Translations under genes and position numbers: made by a program
Source: Felis catus
Lineage: Eukaryota
Assembly (NCBI RefSeq): GCF_018350175.1
Contig: NC_058369.1
Location: forward strand, 27,778,001-27,842,000
Reading direction: 5' to 3'
DNA length: 64,000 nucleotides
The notes under the pieces: model-generated
What the model was told of the DNA's origin: nothing
The model's input: only the letters and a program-made list of their open reading frames with translations
The model's database searches: none
Shown here: positions 36,744 through 51,474 of the stretch, piece after piece
Layout of the letters: every line of letters starts with the position of its first letter
How positions within the stretch are numbered: the first letter of the stretch is position 1

Positions 36744-39700
36744 TATTATTTCTTTCTTGACCATAAGGGTTTTGGCTTGCAGTGCCTTCAAAGCCAAAGC
36801 GAACCCTAAAGTTATTAGTTTTGTTTTTTTTTCCAGAAAGTTTCCATCATTCTGGTAGAAGATGGATGCCAAATGGTGTCATTTCAGAAACTCATATACT
36901 TGTTAAAAGCCAGAAACATAACAAAAGGGGAGCAGGACAGGAGATACTACACAAAAGTCCTTAGAATGACCTCTTCTGTACCTTTGGGCAAGTATGGTTC
37001 ACATCTGGCAGTCACTGGCTGCATGCCCTTGGGTGAGTTTCTTGCCCTCTCGGACTTAAGTTGCCCCATTTGTAAACATCCTATACTACCTGATCAACAG
37101 AGCTGTTGGGAGGCTAACTGAAAAACAATTTGGAAAGTGCCTCACATATAGTAAGTTGTCAGTTTAAAATGGCTCTAAATATTAAGTTTACAGCTAGAGG
37201 TAAGATTCTAGAAAGATCACCTGGTAGAGTAGAAGAGCATTTGAATGCCAATCAGTCCCCTGCCCTCACTGATTAGCAACATGGCCAAATTGGCCATTTC
37301 TTTGCCCTCAGCCTGTAACTCTGTGCATAAAATGATGCTCTCTCCATGTGAAGTGCCTCCCTGCCCCCATATTATCAGGTCATGGAAACCCTAACTATAA
37401 TTCACAAATAATCTCACTCCTGACTTCTTCAGGAACACTTCCCTGGTTTCTGCCTTCAGAGACCTTTCCTTCCTTCATATAAATGAACATTATGAATGAG
37501 CCTCACCTATAGGAATTATTAGGATGTGCCTGACTTTACAGATGCGATGCTGTTCCATTCCCTTCTGCTTACTGTGTTTAAAGACAATGCATCTTCCAGT
37601 TACATAAGATTTAAAGCTTAACATTCACTATAAATGTCAACAAACATATTTAATTGGATAATGAGCTTGGCTCATGTTAGTACCAGGCATACCATACACT
37701 GTTAATACGCTCACACATGGAAACTGCCTGGCACATGGTAGGAACTCAATAAATATTTGCTGAATCAGTAAATAAATATTCAGACTTGATCAGCAAGGAG
37801 TACATAAGGCAACGTTTTCAAGAGAATGTGTTTTTGGACCAGTTTGCCCAAATGTGTGCTTTGAGGTTGAAACAAAGCTGGAGACTTAAAAGAACAGCCC
37901 CAAGTGTGATGGTGATGGCATGGCCACCATGGATGGTGAGCTATGACATGGGGTCCACTGTTTGCTGGGGGATGGATGACAGCTGGCTACATAATCCCAA
38001 ATGGTTTCACAGGTTGATTTTGAACATTGGGGGATTAGTTCAAGCATGCATCTTATAAAGAGCTATAATCAGTGGTCTTAACAAACACAGGTAATTAATC
38101 TTTGTTGGCTTTATGACACATTTACTTTCTTTAGAGTACTTACCACAGTTTAAACTAATTTCATTGGTCTGCTTAGTACCTTTTTTGCTGTTGTTTTTGG
38201 TTGTATCCCCAACAGACCATGAGCTCCAAGTAGGAAGGAACTATGACTCTAGGGCACTGTTGTATGTGCACTTCCTGGCACAAAACAGATGAAGCTCAAC
38301 AAATGTTGAATGAATAAATGAGCAGATGGCAGCCTGGATAGATGGATGAATGGATGGACGGAAGGAAGGAAGCCAGCAAGCTGGCCAGATGGCCTTTTGG
38401 GTCACAAATCCAAATAATAAAATCAAGTCTCAACAACAACAAAAAATGAATCTCAATATGTGAATTAAAATTGATGGGATAACAACAACAGCAATACCAA
38501 CAGCAGCCAGCACTGATACACAGCACCTACTGTGTGCCAGGCACACAGTATATGTGTATATAAACGTGTACGTAAGTGCTTTACATATATGAAAGTATTC
38601 TCCCTTGATTCAGAAACAAAAGGAATCTGGGCATGATGACACACAACAACAACAACAACAACCTATATGACCTGGCATCATTTAATTCTAGAAACAAATT
38701 TAACCCTTCACTAAGTGCCCAACCAATAATATCTGCAAATCTGAAAAATTAATCTGCAATTTGTTTCCTGAAAAACTGTTACTGCCTCCACTTCATACCC
38801 GCCACTGGAGAAATTATTTTTCAGACCCTCTACTGTTTGGGAATACTAAATAAGCCCTAATGAGTTCAAAAGTTGGTAATGACACTGCTAATTTGGCAGC
38901 TCCTCTGGCAGCAAGTCAGTCTCCTTCCGCAAAGGAAAAATAGGATTATCAAGCGAGCTAGGAGAATTTTCTTTACATGATTGATGGGAAGAACAAGTAA
39001 TCACCTTTGAAGTGCCACAGCACATAATACCTCTTCAGTGTTCTCTTTCTTCTTCTGACACCCATGAGTAATTGAAGAGAAGGGAGCCTCTTAGAATGAC
39101 CAATGAAGTGAAGATGGCAACCCTCCCTCTGCTTTCTACCAAGAGTGACACGTTGACGTCTTGGATGGTTGAGAGCTGACATGATGTAAAATGTCTTTGA
39201 TGGGCTCCTCTGATGCTGGGCTCAGCATGTACCTGCTACCAATCAGACCACAGAGGCTTTGGGTAAAACAAAGATCAGAGGAGACAAGCATTAGTGCTTC
39301 TTAGAAGCCAATGGCCTGTAGACCTGCTGTGAGAAAGATCTGCTGAGTTTGGGGTGAATGTAAAGTCCTCAGGGTAGACGTGAAGGAAATCAATGAGCAA
39401 AGCAAGATGAAGCAGGAGTGAAACAATGAATAATGTTTTGAAATCTATCTTATCATACCCATCCCTGACATATTAGCCATAAAGCTTAGATAGACAACCA
39501 GAGAACCACTAACTTCTTGGCCCTAACTTATTGACACAGTGGTAGAGAGTCCTCTCCTTGAAAAAGGCGCTGCTCCTCAGCAGCTAATTTAGAAAGAGAT
39601 CTTTGCAAATGCAAATAACTTGGCTGAAGCAGAGCTGACTCTCACAAACCTTAAGGAGCACAATGACCAGGCTGTTGAGAATTTCATTCTCACAAACACG

Positions 39701-40864
39701 ACTCTTCCAGAACTCTTCTGAAGCCTGCCTGGGAAGGCTGCTCTGCTGGAAGAAAAATGCTTTGAGGATAGATTAATAGGAAGGTTTCTTGAAAAGAAAG
39801 TAAACAACAACAAATGACACTTTCTGCTGTTATAGCCAAAATGTCACGTGTACACACACACACATGAAAAAAAAAGTCTTTTAAAAAACAGTACAGCAAC
39901 AATTTCATAATGGCCACTGTTCTCAGAAGCCATGCCTGGAATATAGCAAACACTCAATATATAACTGTAAATGAATCAGAAGAAAGGGAGGAAGGAAGTA
40001 TTATACAGCACAGTTCTTTCAACTTCCGTAAATACAATCGCTTTAGACTGATTTAATTATATCTGCTTGGTACCATGTGAGAATTCATTACATCAAGGTT
40101 TTTCGTCTTTGTATGACATGGCCCCAGAACACAGCCAACTTTATCTGATTCTTAGCTCCAAAACCAATAATCTGTGCCAAAGATAGAGGAGAGACTGGCC
40201 ATAGTAGATACAGAAAACAATGTTATCTCTTTGTCCTACTTTAGGGATGACAGATGAGATTTTCAAGGTCATTTCTTTTTTTTTTGTTTGTTTGTTTTTA
40301 ACTATATAATTTTTAGGTTAAGGCCCTACTTTAAACTAAAAACCATGTACAACATGGTAGTATTTCTTGATTGATTCAATTCAGTGTTGCTTTTCTTATA
40401 CCAAACATATATCTCAGACAAAGAATGCATAGAGAAAGAACAAAGTTTACAGGAAACCATCAGGAGAGTCTTAAGGAGCAGAAGGAAAAGACAGAAAGAA
40501 ACTCAGGCAAATGCATCCTAAATCTAACAAGATGGGCTGAGATGTCTGAGCTGCCTGGAGCAGCATAATAATAAAAATAAAAACAACATTTACTGTGAAC
40601 CAAGAACCTGATAAGCAAATAAAAAATATTAGCACTAAGAGTCTTAATAGCTGCCTGTAAGTAATTTTTCATGTAATATCAGGGATCAGAGGGAAGAAAA
40701 CAGATTGTGCACCTATTCAAACTGAACATATTTAATGTTAGAACTAGCTTGGGGCCAAAGACATCTGTTATCAAAGAGGAGAAAAATTCCAAATGGAAGA
40801 AGAACTGTGCTTTTATGCCCAAACATGAATGGGGGGAAGAAAAGGAGGTAACTACTGCCTCACT

Positions 40865-41355
40865 TAGGAGGTTTCCTAACTGCTGTATCAAATTACCACA
40901 AATTTAGTGGCTTTAAACAACACAAATTTATCATCTTATCCTTCTGTAGTTTGGAAATATGACCTGGGTCTCATTGGGTTAAAACGAAGGTGTGGGCAGA
41001 GCTGAGTTCCTATCTGGAGGCTTCTTTTCCAGCTTCTAAAGGCTGCCTACATCCCGAATGCATGCCTCCCTCTGTCCATCTTCAAAGTGGGCAATAGTAG
41101 GTCAAGTCCATTTCACAGGGCATCACCCTAATCTCCTCTTCCATCTCCCTCATCCACTTTAAGGACTGCTGTGATTACCCCAGGCCCACTGGGATAATCC
41201 AGGATAACCTCCTTATTTTAAGGTCAGCGATTTAACTACCTCAATTCCATCTGTAGCCTTAATTCCCCATTGTCATGTAATGACACTCATTCAGTTCCCA
41301 GGGATTAGGGCATCTTTGGACAGAGGGAGAGAGTCTGTATTCTGCCTAATCAAAG
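40865..41355 (-). mobile_element. MaLR LTR (MLT1C/D-like)
   Basis: 'ctgctgtatcaaattaccacaaatttagtggctttaaacaacacaaatttat...ggataatccaggataacctcc...gggattagg...attctgccta'. Confidence 0.85.
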
Positions 41356-44300
41356 CCTCAACATTTAAAATTTTATTTGTTGTTGTTGTTGTTGTTTGTC
41401 ATCTGTCTAGCTCCAAACTATCATGAGGACAAATGAGGTCCCCTCATTTGTATAAACTGTGTATATTATAAGGTGTGAGAATCATACCTTTCTTGCTAGG
41501 CAGAGCTAAATATATGTATGCTCAGGGAAAAAAAACAACCAAATAACATGGGGGCGGTGGGAAGGGGGAAGGCTACACTCTCCACAAACATCTGCATTCA
41601 CACAGTGCACAGTTTTGAAGGGAGCCTATCCACTGACAGCCTTTCCCTCATCTCAAGTTCTCAATCATTTATTTTGTTATATGTCATATATTTGGAGAAT
41701 GATTTCTAATGAGTTTCATTGCTATTAGCAGTCTAGACACTTATGATAAATTAAAACCCCATTAAGTGTGAAGGTATGAAAACAATAGCAGATCTGCCTT
41801 CCATGGCATATATTTTAGGATGACAGCCCTACTTCATGTGACTTCTTCACCAAGAACAGCTCATCAAACTCACAGTTCTAGTGACAGAGCACAACCAGCA
41901 CCTATTTTTGTAACACCTGAAAAAAAAAATGCCCACACCGGCAGTACATCTGGTACAGAAATAAAATTAAATACAACAATATTGAGGCATCAAACACTCA
42001 GATCCATTTCATTGTTTCCTATCCAGAAACACCCTAATTGAAGGTGGCATTCCAAGGTTAAATCCCAGCTCTGACAGCATCTCATGTCAGGCACCTGTCA
42101 AGATGTAGTAAGACACCTGTGAGAGTAAAAGGGATGCCAAACCCAGATCACAGTTCCCAAATCATGATCCCTAACTTGGAGGATTCCTGTCACCTACCAA
42201 ACGGGGTGGGAGCTGGGTCCACCAGGGCCTGTACCATCAGTTGCAGGAGAGGAAGAGTAAAACAAAGAAAGTACACCTTGGAAGGAGGTGCCACAGTGTT
42301 TTAAGATCGGCAAAAGAATATAAGCACGAAAGCCCAGCTCTGAATGGGCTTAAATTTCAGAATTCATTCCTGGTGTCTTGATCCTGGTTAGAGGCAGGGA
42401 ATTCTTTTTTAATATCTGTTTTACATAATTAAAGGACAGTGGCTTTCATACACTTGAGGCTTTGAATGTTCACAACACCAAATGGGCTTCATTAGCTTAG
42501 CCGGGCAATTAATGAAGCAGGAAGTAGAAAGCCAAGATAAAGACTTATCTTCAAAAAGGTCTGAAGCAGGGAGTGAGAGGCGGTGTCGATGATGCACATT
42601 TATTCACTGGAAGGCAAAACTTCTATAGCTCTTGATAGCTTTGAAAGCAGTGTATACATCCCATTGAAGCCTCAAAAGAGAGAAACAGGTGGTGTGTTTA
42701 AGGCTTTGTAGAAAGTCTTGAAGTATTTCCCAAACATTTGTAGGTTGCACCAAGCCTTTCTCTTGTTATTCTAAATGTCTTTTCTATTGTTTTCCAATTG
42801 CTTTCCTCATTTCCCTCCCCTGTGCATTTCAAAGGAAATTGGAGAGCTTAAAATGTGGCTAAATATAACAGCACTAAACTAACAGTGAATAAAACCTCAA
42901 GAAATTATTTGAGATGCATATTCTTCCTCTTCTGGTTAGGAAACCGCAACATCACAAATGAGCTCTGCTCAGGAGAAAGGCTATTTATTTGTTCACAAGA
43001 GGCCAAACACTGGCCAGGAAAGCCCCAGCTGAAGGAACTAAATCCAATTCTTGGCTATTTCAATACAGATTTTTTTTCTAGGTAACCAGCTATGTATGCA
43101 TGTTGAAGAACCAGATAAATCAAATGTATCACGGGTTGAAAAAGGCTAAACCATAGCCTGTTAAGTCTGCAAAGGACCATCCAAGTGGGCCTCATCTGGG
43201 CAACTACTTCATTTTGAAGATAAGGAATCAAGTCCTACAAGAGGTTACTGACTTCGTCCTTGAATGTCACCAAATCATCAACAGTGAGGATTAAATTCCA
43301 GGGCCCGTGTTTCTTATTCTGGGCTCTCAAAATTCCTCCAAACTGTTGCCAGGCTGCCCGCTTCAAGAAGAAGAGAAACACAGGTAGACTAGGGTTGACA
43401 AGTATATACCCCTGGAAGGGGTTATCTGTGTGACAGCTTGTTTCCTGCATACCTTCCTTTCTCATAGACATTCTGGTGTCAGGCTTCTGTGTTGTTGTTA
43501 TGTGTTTTCCTCCTTTCTCCCTTATCCAAACTGAAGCAGGTACATGGACTCAAAAGAAAGTGCAAAACTCAAAGAAATACAATGCTGGATAAATAAAGAG
43601 CACAATGTTTCACAGCAAGTTTGCAGCACAAATGCTATTATGCCCCCAGAGACAAGGGAAAGTTAAAGCTGAGGAAGGGACAAGAAGTCACAAGAGGACA
43701 TAACTCGAGGGTACAGAGGGGGGAAAAAAAGAGACTTTCAAAAGGGTCCCTACCTAGAGGGCCAAGTGACCAGGTGAAAGCTGACCTTAGTATCAAGTGA
43801 GGACCTTTCCTGGTGAGCACCCCCAAACCTCAGTCTCAATACCAGCTCAACCTGGACTGGCTCATCCTCTATAGATATTAGATAATCCATCTAATATCCT
43901 GTGGTCTGGGAGATCTACCAGCAACATGGTAGGATAAGGAGAACATGGAAGGATAAGGTGGATTAACTTTACTCCTTGACATTCAAAATGGGTCTGAACA
44001 GATTGAGTAGAGAATAACTCAATTACTCAATGGGCACAGAGAGCACATCTCCCCTGTGATGCATATTATGTCCATTTGATATCTATCCAGCCCGTTTTCT
44101 AGGATAGCCTCCAGTAAATATTCTGTTAGCTCAGTACTTATTTTTTCATCTCATCTTATACTTGTCCTGACTTCTAATGTGGAAAGGTTGGTAGTATGAT
44201 ATAGTAGATTGCTTAGATCATCTGGTGACCCTGGAACTCAAGGCTTCCCTAGTACCACTCAATTGCTCTTCATACCTCCCATCTATGCCCCAAAACTCAA

Positions 44301-44716
44301 TACTCCAGCCAAATAAGAATTACATACTGTTGCCAGAACATGTCCCACACTTGTTTCTACTACTAGTCTTTGTTAAACCTGAAAGGCTCTCCAGTCACCA
44401 TCTTTACCTCTTGATAATTTATCCAGGTTTCTAGTCAAGGTTTCTAATAGTAACAGTCTGGAGGCTCCTTTGCTGAGAGCACCACTGTGACCTTGATGAG
44501 ATGGCCAACTGGACAATTTGTTCTCACCAGGCTCATGGTGGGACTGGAAAACCTTCTTCTTCAGCCAGGAAGTGCTGTTATAAAATTTGTTGTTGTTGTT
44601 TAAAACCATTAAAATTTTCACTGGTGCCAAGGTGCAACAAAATCATTTGCTTTTGGCATTTGGACATGCCCAAAATTATTTTATTGATAAAAACTGTCTC
44701 TTAAAAATCCTAAGTT

Positions 44717-44921
44717 GGGGGTGCCTGGCATGGCTCAGATGTTTAAGCAACCGACTCTTGATTTTGAGTCAGGTCATGATCTCACAGTTCATGAGATGGA
44801 GCCCTGCGTTAAGTTCTGTACTGATAGCATGGAGCCTGCTTGGGATATTCTTTCTCTCTCTCTCTCTCTCTCTCTCCGCCCCCCCATCTCAAAATAAATA
44901 AATAAGTAAACATTAAAAAAA
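44717..44921 (+). mobile_element. Can-SINE
   Basis: TSD aaaaatcctaagtt on both sides. Confidence 0.92.
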
Positions 44922-45379
44922 TCCTAAGTTATTCCTCCTGCAGACTTATTCAGGAGGCTTTCTGTCTTAACGCACCGACCATGAATGATTCAGGTCCCAT
45001 CATTCCAGGGAGCTCCCTTTTTGCTCCTGCATCAAAAAACATCACAAATCACTGAGATTGTTCTACCTTGGAGTAGAGGGAGCTGAGAACACAAGGTTAG
45101 TTGGGTACTGGAATGAATTCAATCTGTTGCTATTCATAGTAAAGTCATGACTTCTTTTCCTATCCCTAAAACTAAAAGGTCATCATGCTTGAAATACACC
45201 ATCAGCTATGACAATCAGACAAAATTAAAGCCAAGACAAGTATGTCCTTGTTTCACATTATATGTTTCTCCTGTTAGTGCATATGTGACATCAAAGAACT
45301 ACTTCCCCTCTGGAAAAAAGGCAGTTACATAAAAAGTCATTTATGGCTATGGTCCTGATTCTACAGGCTAGAAATATAA

Positions 45380-46140
45380 ACTGGTTCAAATTCCTGTGGG
45401 TTCAACTTCCAAAATATAGACTGCAACCATCTACTTCTTTCCATCTCAAACTTTACCAGTCCAGACAAGTATTGCCTCTTATCTTGGGAGTGTAACAATA
45501 TCCTCTCCTAACTTTTCTCCTTGAGTCTCTACTCTTGTCTCACTCTTCCATTCTGTATATGGAAACCAGAGTGTCTTTATACAATTATCAATCATGTCAC
45601 TTCCACTATCTGTATCAATGGCTTTCCACTGGACTGAGAATAAGCAAGCTAGCACACAAGCCCTTGTGAGGTGATGTGGCACCTGTCCAGATGGCTATGT
45701 GCACCTCAGGCTACTCTCTCTCACCACCCCTAGGCGCCAGACTCTTCTCACAGGTGAGCACTCATTGGTTCACGGGCCCACGGCTCCCTTCTGTCACCTG
45801 TCCACAGCTGGCTTCTATCATCCTTCAGGTCTCTGCTAAGTGTCTTCTTTAGAACATCTTCTTTGACTACACTTTCTACAAGCACCTCTGTCTGCCTTCA
45901 TTCCATTCCTGGTATTTTCTACCACATTATGTATTTTTTCCTTCCTGGTATTTATTTTTACAATAATCAGTAATTATATTCTTTATATATTCACTCGTTT
46001 ATTTTTACTTTTCCCTACTGGAATTTAAGTTCTATGAGAACATGGAACTTATTAGTCTTGTTTGACATTGCATCTCCAATAGTCCTGGAATACATCACAG
46101 ATACTCAAACAAGAACTGCGGAATGCATGAACAAATGAAC
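45380..46140 (+). mobile_element. L2 3' fragment
   Basis: 'aacttccaaaatat...atcatgtcact...caatggctttcc...actggaatttaagttctatgag...gaatgcatgaacaaatgaa'. Confidence 0.72.
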
Positions 46141-48412
46141 TCAAGTTCCATCATATTACAAGGTATGCCACTATCTGGGTCCCTGCCACTCCTTCCAAAC
46201 TCATCTACCGGTACTCTCTCACACAGATTAATTACATATGGCCCACTGAGCCATTTGCTGTTGTCCAAGTTACTCGCTCTTGTCTCTGTAATTTTACATC
46301 AGTTGTTGCCGCTTGCTGGGACATTCATCACCTCTACTCAAGTCCTGCCCTGCTCGAGACTCAGTTTAACTGTTACTACCTCTAGGATTTCAAATGAATC
46401 TTTGTCCCAAGGCAAAGGTAAATGCAGCAATAATTTGTTAAAATATCTACCTTGCTGTGAGTGATCCCAGAAGTGCATGAACCAAGACTAAACCATACTT
46501 TTATCTTGAACTCAGTACCTGGCACACAATAGAACTGTTAAATAAATGAGTGAGTTCAATTTAACTACCATTTACTGAGCACCCTCCATATCCCAACTCC
46601 CAATGTTGGGAGTAGCGTGTGTGAGTAACCGCTGTGCATAGCAGATCATTTGGCGTCCAAGATAAATGTATTCTAGATGAGACATGAGAGCAAAGGGAAA
46701 GCAACACTGAGTGAAGGAGCTAGACTTTCTATTTTTGCTTCTACCACTATGCAAACATTTAGTCCAAAATGATCAGCGATTTCTTACTTGTGTTTCCAGG
46801 AGAGCCTCCAGGTCATAGGGGATAAGCAGTCGCCACCCAAAACTCCCACAAGGACACAAGTGAGAATCTTCAAAGACAAAATTCCTGACATGCTTCTTAG
46901 GCGATTTTTGAAAATGAATGCTAAATGATTAATAACTTAAAAAATTATGTGTAATGTCATAAACCATCTCTTAGCAATAAAGGTCACCCATGACAATAAC
47001 ATTCCTTCTGTAGAGCTTTATTTCTTTTCCATGCTTAGGTTCATACAGACCATTGTCATGAAGGCCATTACCGGATTCAAGGGAGAATAAAATAAAAAGG
47101 ATGTGCAGTATAATTAAAAAAAAAAAACAAAAAACAAACAGATGTGACACACTTACATACCAAAATACATGAGTCCAGTTAGATAAAATCACAATTAGAG
47201 TCAAGGATACATTTCACTGCTTATCCTCATTGCACACGTGAGTAGATACTCTACAAGGGAGCTATCAAAAGTCAAACAATTCCCAAACTTCTTTCTGAGC
47301 ACAGGTAGTAATTAATATTTGCGCTTGTAGTATGAAAATTATGAAGCTTATGATCCCATGCTTAGAAAAAAAGGAGCAGGGGGAACCACAGTGCACTTCC
47401 CAGCTAGATCCAGTGCATTCTTTTTCTAAGCAGCTCTCTTCTCCAAGTCTTACCCAGCATCGTGTGAAAAGGGATGACTATCCCTATACACTTATTTGTA
47501 CTTGATTATTACATTGTCTATATAGTGCCTCCTCCCACTAATATGTTCCCCTTTGTATTTCATTTGAATATTGCTACAACCAATTTTAATGATGTCTTGC
47601 ATGGATATAATACTAACATTTGTAAAAAGCAGGTAATTTTCTGAGTTAGAAGGTATATCTCAAGACCCTGCTTGCGTTTGAGGCAGAGAGAAAGCAATTT
47701 GTGTGCATAAATGGAACTTTTATCAGATATGTGCCCACATTACTATTTCAAATTTATGTCCTTTGATCCCTAAATGATTTTGTTAAGAGAAAGGTAGACT
47801 CTCTTCCAACTATGCCACAACACAAAAATCAGAATTCATTTTGGGGGAGGAGGAAATGTGTCACCAAACCAGTGGCAGACTAAATAATGTGACACCAAAG
47901 GTAAGTTTTCTTTTAGTTTTTTTACCACTGAGTGGCCATGTAGCCTTGAGAAAGTTACTTCTTGAACCCATCATCAGCCAAATAGTATTCATTAAATGCC
48001 AACTCTGTGCTAGAACCTACATGATATAGACAAATCTATCTGGTGTTTAACGTCCTTATTTGGTGCCTTGGTCGTGATAATCTTTGAAATGGCCTTAACC
48101 ATTCCAAATGACTATAAATGACTTTACAACAAGAGTAGGGAAAGACTGATTTGAACACGTAACGTAAACATTTTGAATGGAGCATCAGTTAAACTATATT
48201 GTTTATGACAATCAATTGGCTTTTACAAAAGAGAGAGAGAGAGAGAGAGAGAGGAGGGGATATATCTTAACCATTGAGAAATGCAATGTAACCTGTAGTG
48301 ATACTAAAAGAACAACCATGGACCAGCTGAAGAGTAGAACTGCCAAGGAAAAGTAACAAAGAAAGCAAAATTCAATTAGTGATTTTTTTCAAATGTGAGA
48401 TCAGAAAGGAAA

Positions 48413-48574
48413 GGGTATCTGGGTGGCTCAGCTGCTTAGTATCGGACCCTTGATTTTGGCTTAGGTCATGACCTCATGGTTGGTGAGATTGAGCCCCTTG
48501 ATGATCTTGAGATTCTCTCCCTCTCTCTCTGCCCCTCCCCTACTTGTGCTCCAAAATAAATAAACTTAATAAAA
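48413..48574 (+). mobile_element. Can-SINE (internally deleted)
   Basis: 'gggtatctgggtggctcag...ggtcatgacctcatggttggtgagattgagcc', A-tail. Confidence 0.85.
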
Positions 48575-48787
48575 GGAAAAGGGAAGAGAAATGGAGACCT
48601 TTCTAGACATCCCTGTAAGCCAGATCGAATTTTATTTTGCTATCCAAAATGAAAACCAGAGACATTAGCGACCTCACTGAAGTTGAGTTCAAATTTAGCC
48701 CCTTCTGTCACCAAGAATCCATTAGACATAGTTGCCAGAGGAAAAGAACTTCCTTTTCATAAAGAAGAGAGATATTCTCTTTGGAAA

Positions 48788-49300
48788 CAGCTCAAATGTC
48801 CACTGACTGATGAATGGATAAAGAAAATGTGGTGTGTGCGCGCACACACACATATATAATGGGATATTATTCAGCCATAAAAAATGAAATCTTGCCATTT
48901 GCTATGACATGAATGGAGCTAGAGAGTATTGTGCTAAGTAAAATAAGTCAGAGCAAGACAAGTACCATATGGTTTCACTCACACGTGGAATTTAAGAAAC
49001 AAAACAAATGAGCAAAGAGGTAAAGAGAGAGAGAGAGAGAGACAGACAGAGAGAGACAGAGAGAGAGAGAGGCAAACTAAGAAAGAGACTCTTAACTATA
49101 GACAGCAAACTGATGGTTAGTTACCACAGGTGAGGTGATAAGGGGATGGGTAAAATAGGTGATGGGGATTAATGAGGGCATTTGATGTGATGAGCACTGG
49201 GTGTTGTGTGGAAGTATTGAATCACTATATTCTATACCTGAAAATAATATTACATGGTATGTTAACTAATTGGAATTTAAATTAAAACTTAAAATAAATA
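48788..49300 (+). mobile_element. 5'-truncated carnivore L1 3' end
   Basis: 'tgtccactgactgatgaatggataaagaaaatgtgg...gaaatcttgccatttgc...gatgagcactgggtgttg...aatttaaattaaaac'. Confidence 0.88.
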
Positions 49301-49746
49301 AACTCCACTAAATTTAAGCAGCTAAATCCAAAATCAAAGAGGGTTCTTTAATTTCCCCCTCTTAAAGCTCTTACTGTCTTGTTGCATTTTGAAATAAAAT
49401 AAAAACCCAACAATAAAACAGCTCAATTAAGCCTAATTTGTGTGCTTCAACATCTGGCTGGGTGACTGCTCCCGTATTTCACACTTGTACAGCAAAGCAC
49501 TTTTTAATTAAGACCACTCAGTCTGTTTCCTCTGTATCAAACAACAATGAGGTTGCTGTTTGGGTACAAAACTCTCCAGGAAAAGGCTTAATGTAACGAA
49601 CGATTTTTTTTTCTTTTAAGTGTCAGGCAAACATTAGTTCAGAGTATAGGTTGCCTGACCTACCTTAAAGCTCATCTCAACTTTAGAGATGTTAGGATTT
49701 TACTGCTACTGTATAGAAATTAGCAATAAATGCACACGCACGCACG

Positions 49747-49777
<31 letters not shown>

Positions 49778-51198
49778 ACACAATAATCTTGCATACAAGC
49801 AATATTACTTCTGTGTGCTATCTCAACATGGAACAGAATACATGGTGCATCACAAACAGATAAACACTCTTATTTCTTGGGATTGAGATATTTGAGGTTT
49901 CTCCACTTTGCTGGGACTCACATTTAAAATGCAGAGGACCAGCCCTCCTCTGACCTTTTATGCCTGCTTTTTCGATCAGGGTAGAAACACAGAATATGAG
50001 ACTCCAAGCACTTTCTATTCAGCTAATGGCACCTATAAAGAAACATCTTTTAATTAGCCTTACCCTGAGCTAACTTTCTCTGATCTGCCATGTATAATTA
50101 AATATGTGAGCAAGACAGAAATGTGAGATGCAGCAGCTTTCACACCCAAATTTTCAACTCCAAATTTATAAAAAGATAAATGTGGATTTTTTTTAGTTGA
50201 AAGCCCATCTTGAAGTATTTTATTCTCCCTCTGAAAACTTTTAACATTATGTTAAGAGAAGAAAAAGAAAATGAGTGTAAAATTAGTAGCAGGGCTGAAT
50301 TTTTCAGAGCAAAGAATTCTAAACTAAACTAACAGGATCTCAGGTACTCGGCCAAGGACTCTGGTGCCTTCTTAAATGATAAAGAACTCCCCATAAAGTC
50401 TACTAGCCCAAAGGTGCATGTGGTACGCCCCCCACTGGTAACTCACTTCCAGGAGTGAATACAAAGGCCACAGGGTTGATACAGGCAGGAAACATCCAGC
50501 ACTTGGGCACTAAAGAATGTTGAAGGCAGCTTCAAGCCCCAACCACAGGGTGCCTCTTCGTGGCTAAATAAAATGAAATTGTGTTTTATCCTTTTTAATT
50601 TGGCACCCTTTGGAAATGTGAAACTGCCTAGTGAAAAATTGCTCTTTATATAAGGAAATGAAATAATTTTGGAATATAGGCCTCTCCTATATTTATGCCT
50701 AAATATAACTAAGACATATGAGTGATAATTCATGTTGGGTTTATAATATGTGAATAAATCCTTTAAAAAAACTGGTATCTTACATGCATTTGAAAATAAA
50801 TCTGGATAGTATTTATAAATCTAGCAAAAGGCTTATTTGATTAAACACACTGTGACCTTTAAAAGTCTGAATACTTTTTTTTTTTTTACACGAAGAATTC
50901 TGTTGTGGTGGTTGAATCAATTTACACATCCAGAACATATAACACAGATAGAACTTCACGGTAAACTATCTGGTTATAGATAGGTTTTCTTACAGATAAA
51001 AATACAGATATATAATTCATACTCTTATCAGAATAACCTACCCAGAAAGAGATTAAAATAGACTCTATATAGGCAGATAGCTTTTCATCATCATCTCTTA
51101 TAAATACCAGAAAGGTTTTCCTCTGTGTTGGTGTTGTAAGTTTGCTTTGAAAAGGCAGGATCTATTTGACTAGGCACATTAATTTCAATCTTTTAATT

Positions 51199-51229
<31 letters not shown>

Positions 51230-51474
51230 TATTCTGCTATTCTGGGGAAGTTCAGAAAGGCCATTTAAAGTACCCAAAACTTCTTTAAAAATTTCCCCAG
51301 TACTTCATCCTCACGTATACACTAGTTTGATTCCTTTAACAGATTGCTCAATTTAACCTGAATTCAGTTTTATAGATTTGGAGACTAGCTTTGCCTAACT
51401 TTGACCATATGTATCATGCCAATACAATTCAGTGAGTCTACTTTGGGGTTGTGTCTGTCATAAAGCACTATGCT

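Noticed and set aside
39590..39721. Plus-strand protein-like frame (KEIFANANNLAEAELTLTNLKEHNDQAVENF)
   Set aside because: No polypyrimidine acceptor, ends in a stop, and no family recognised; consistent with chance.
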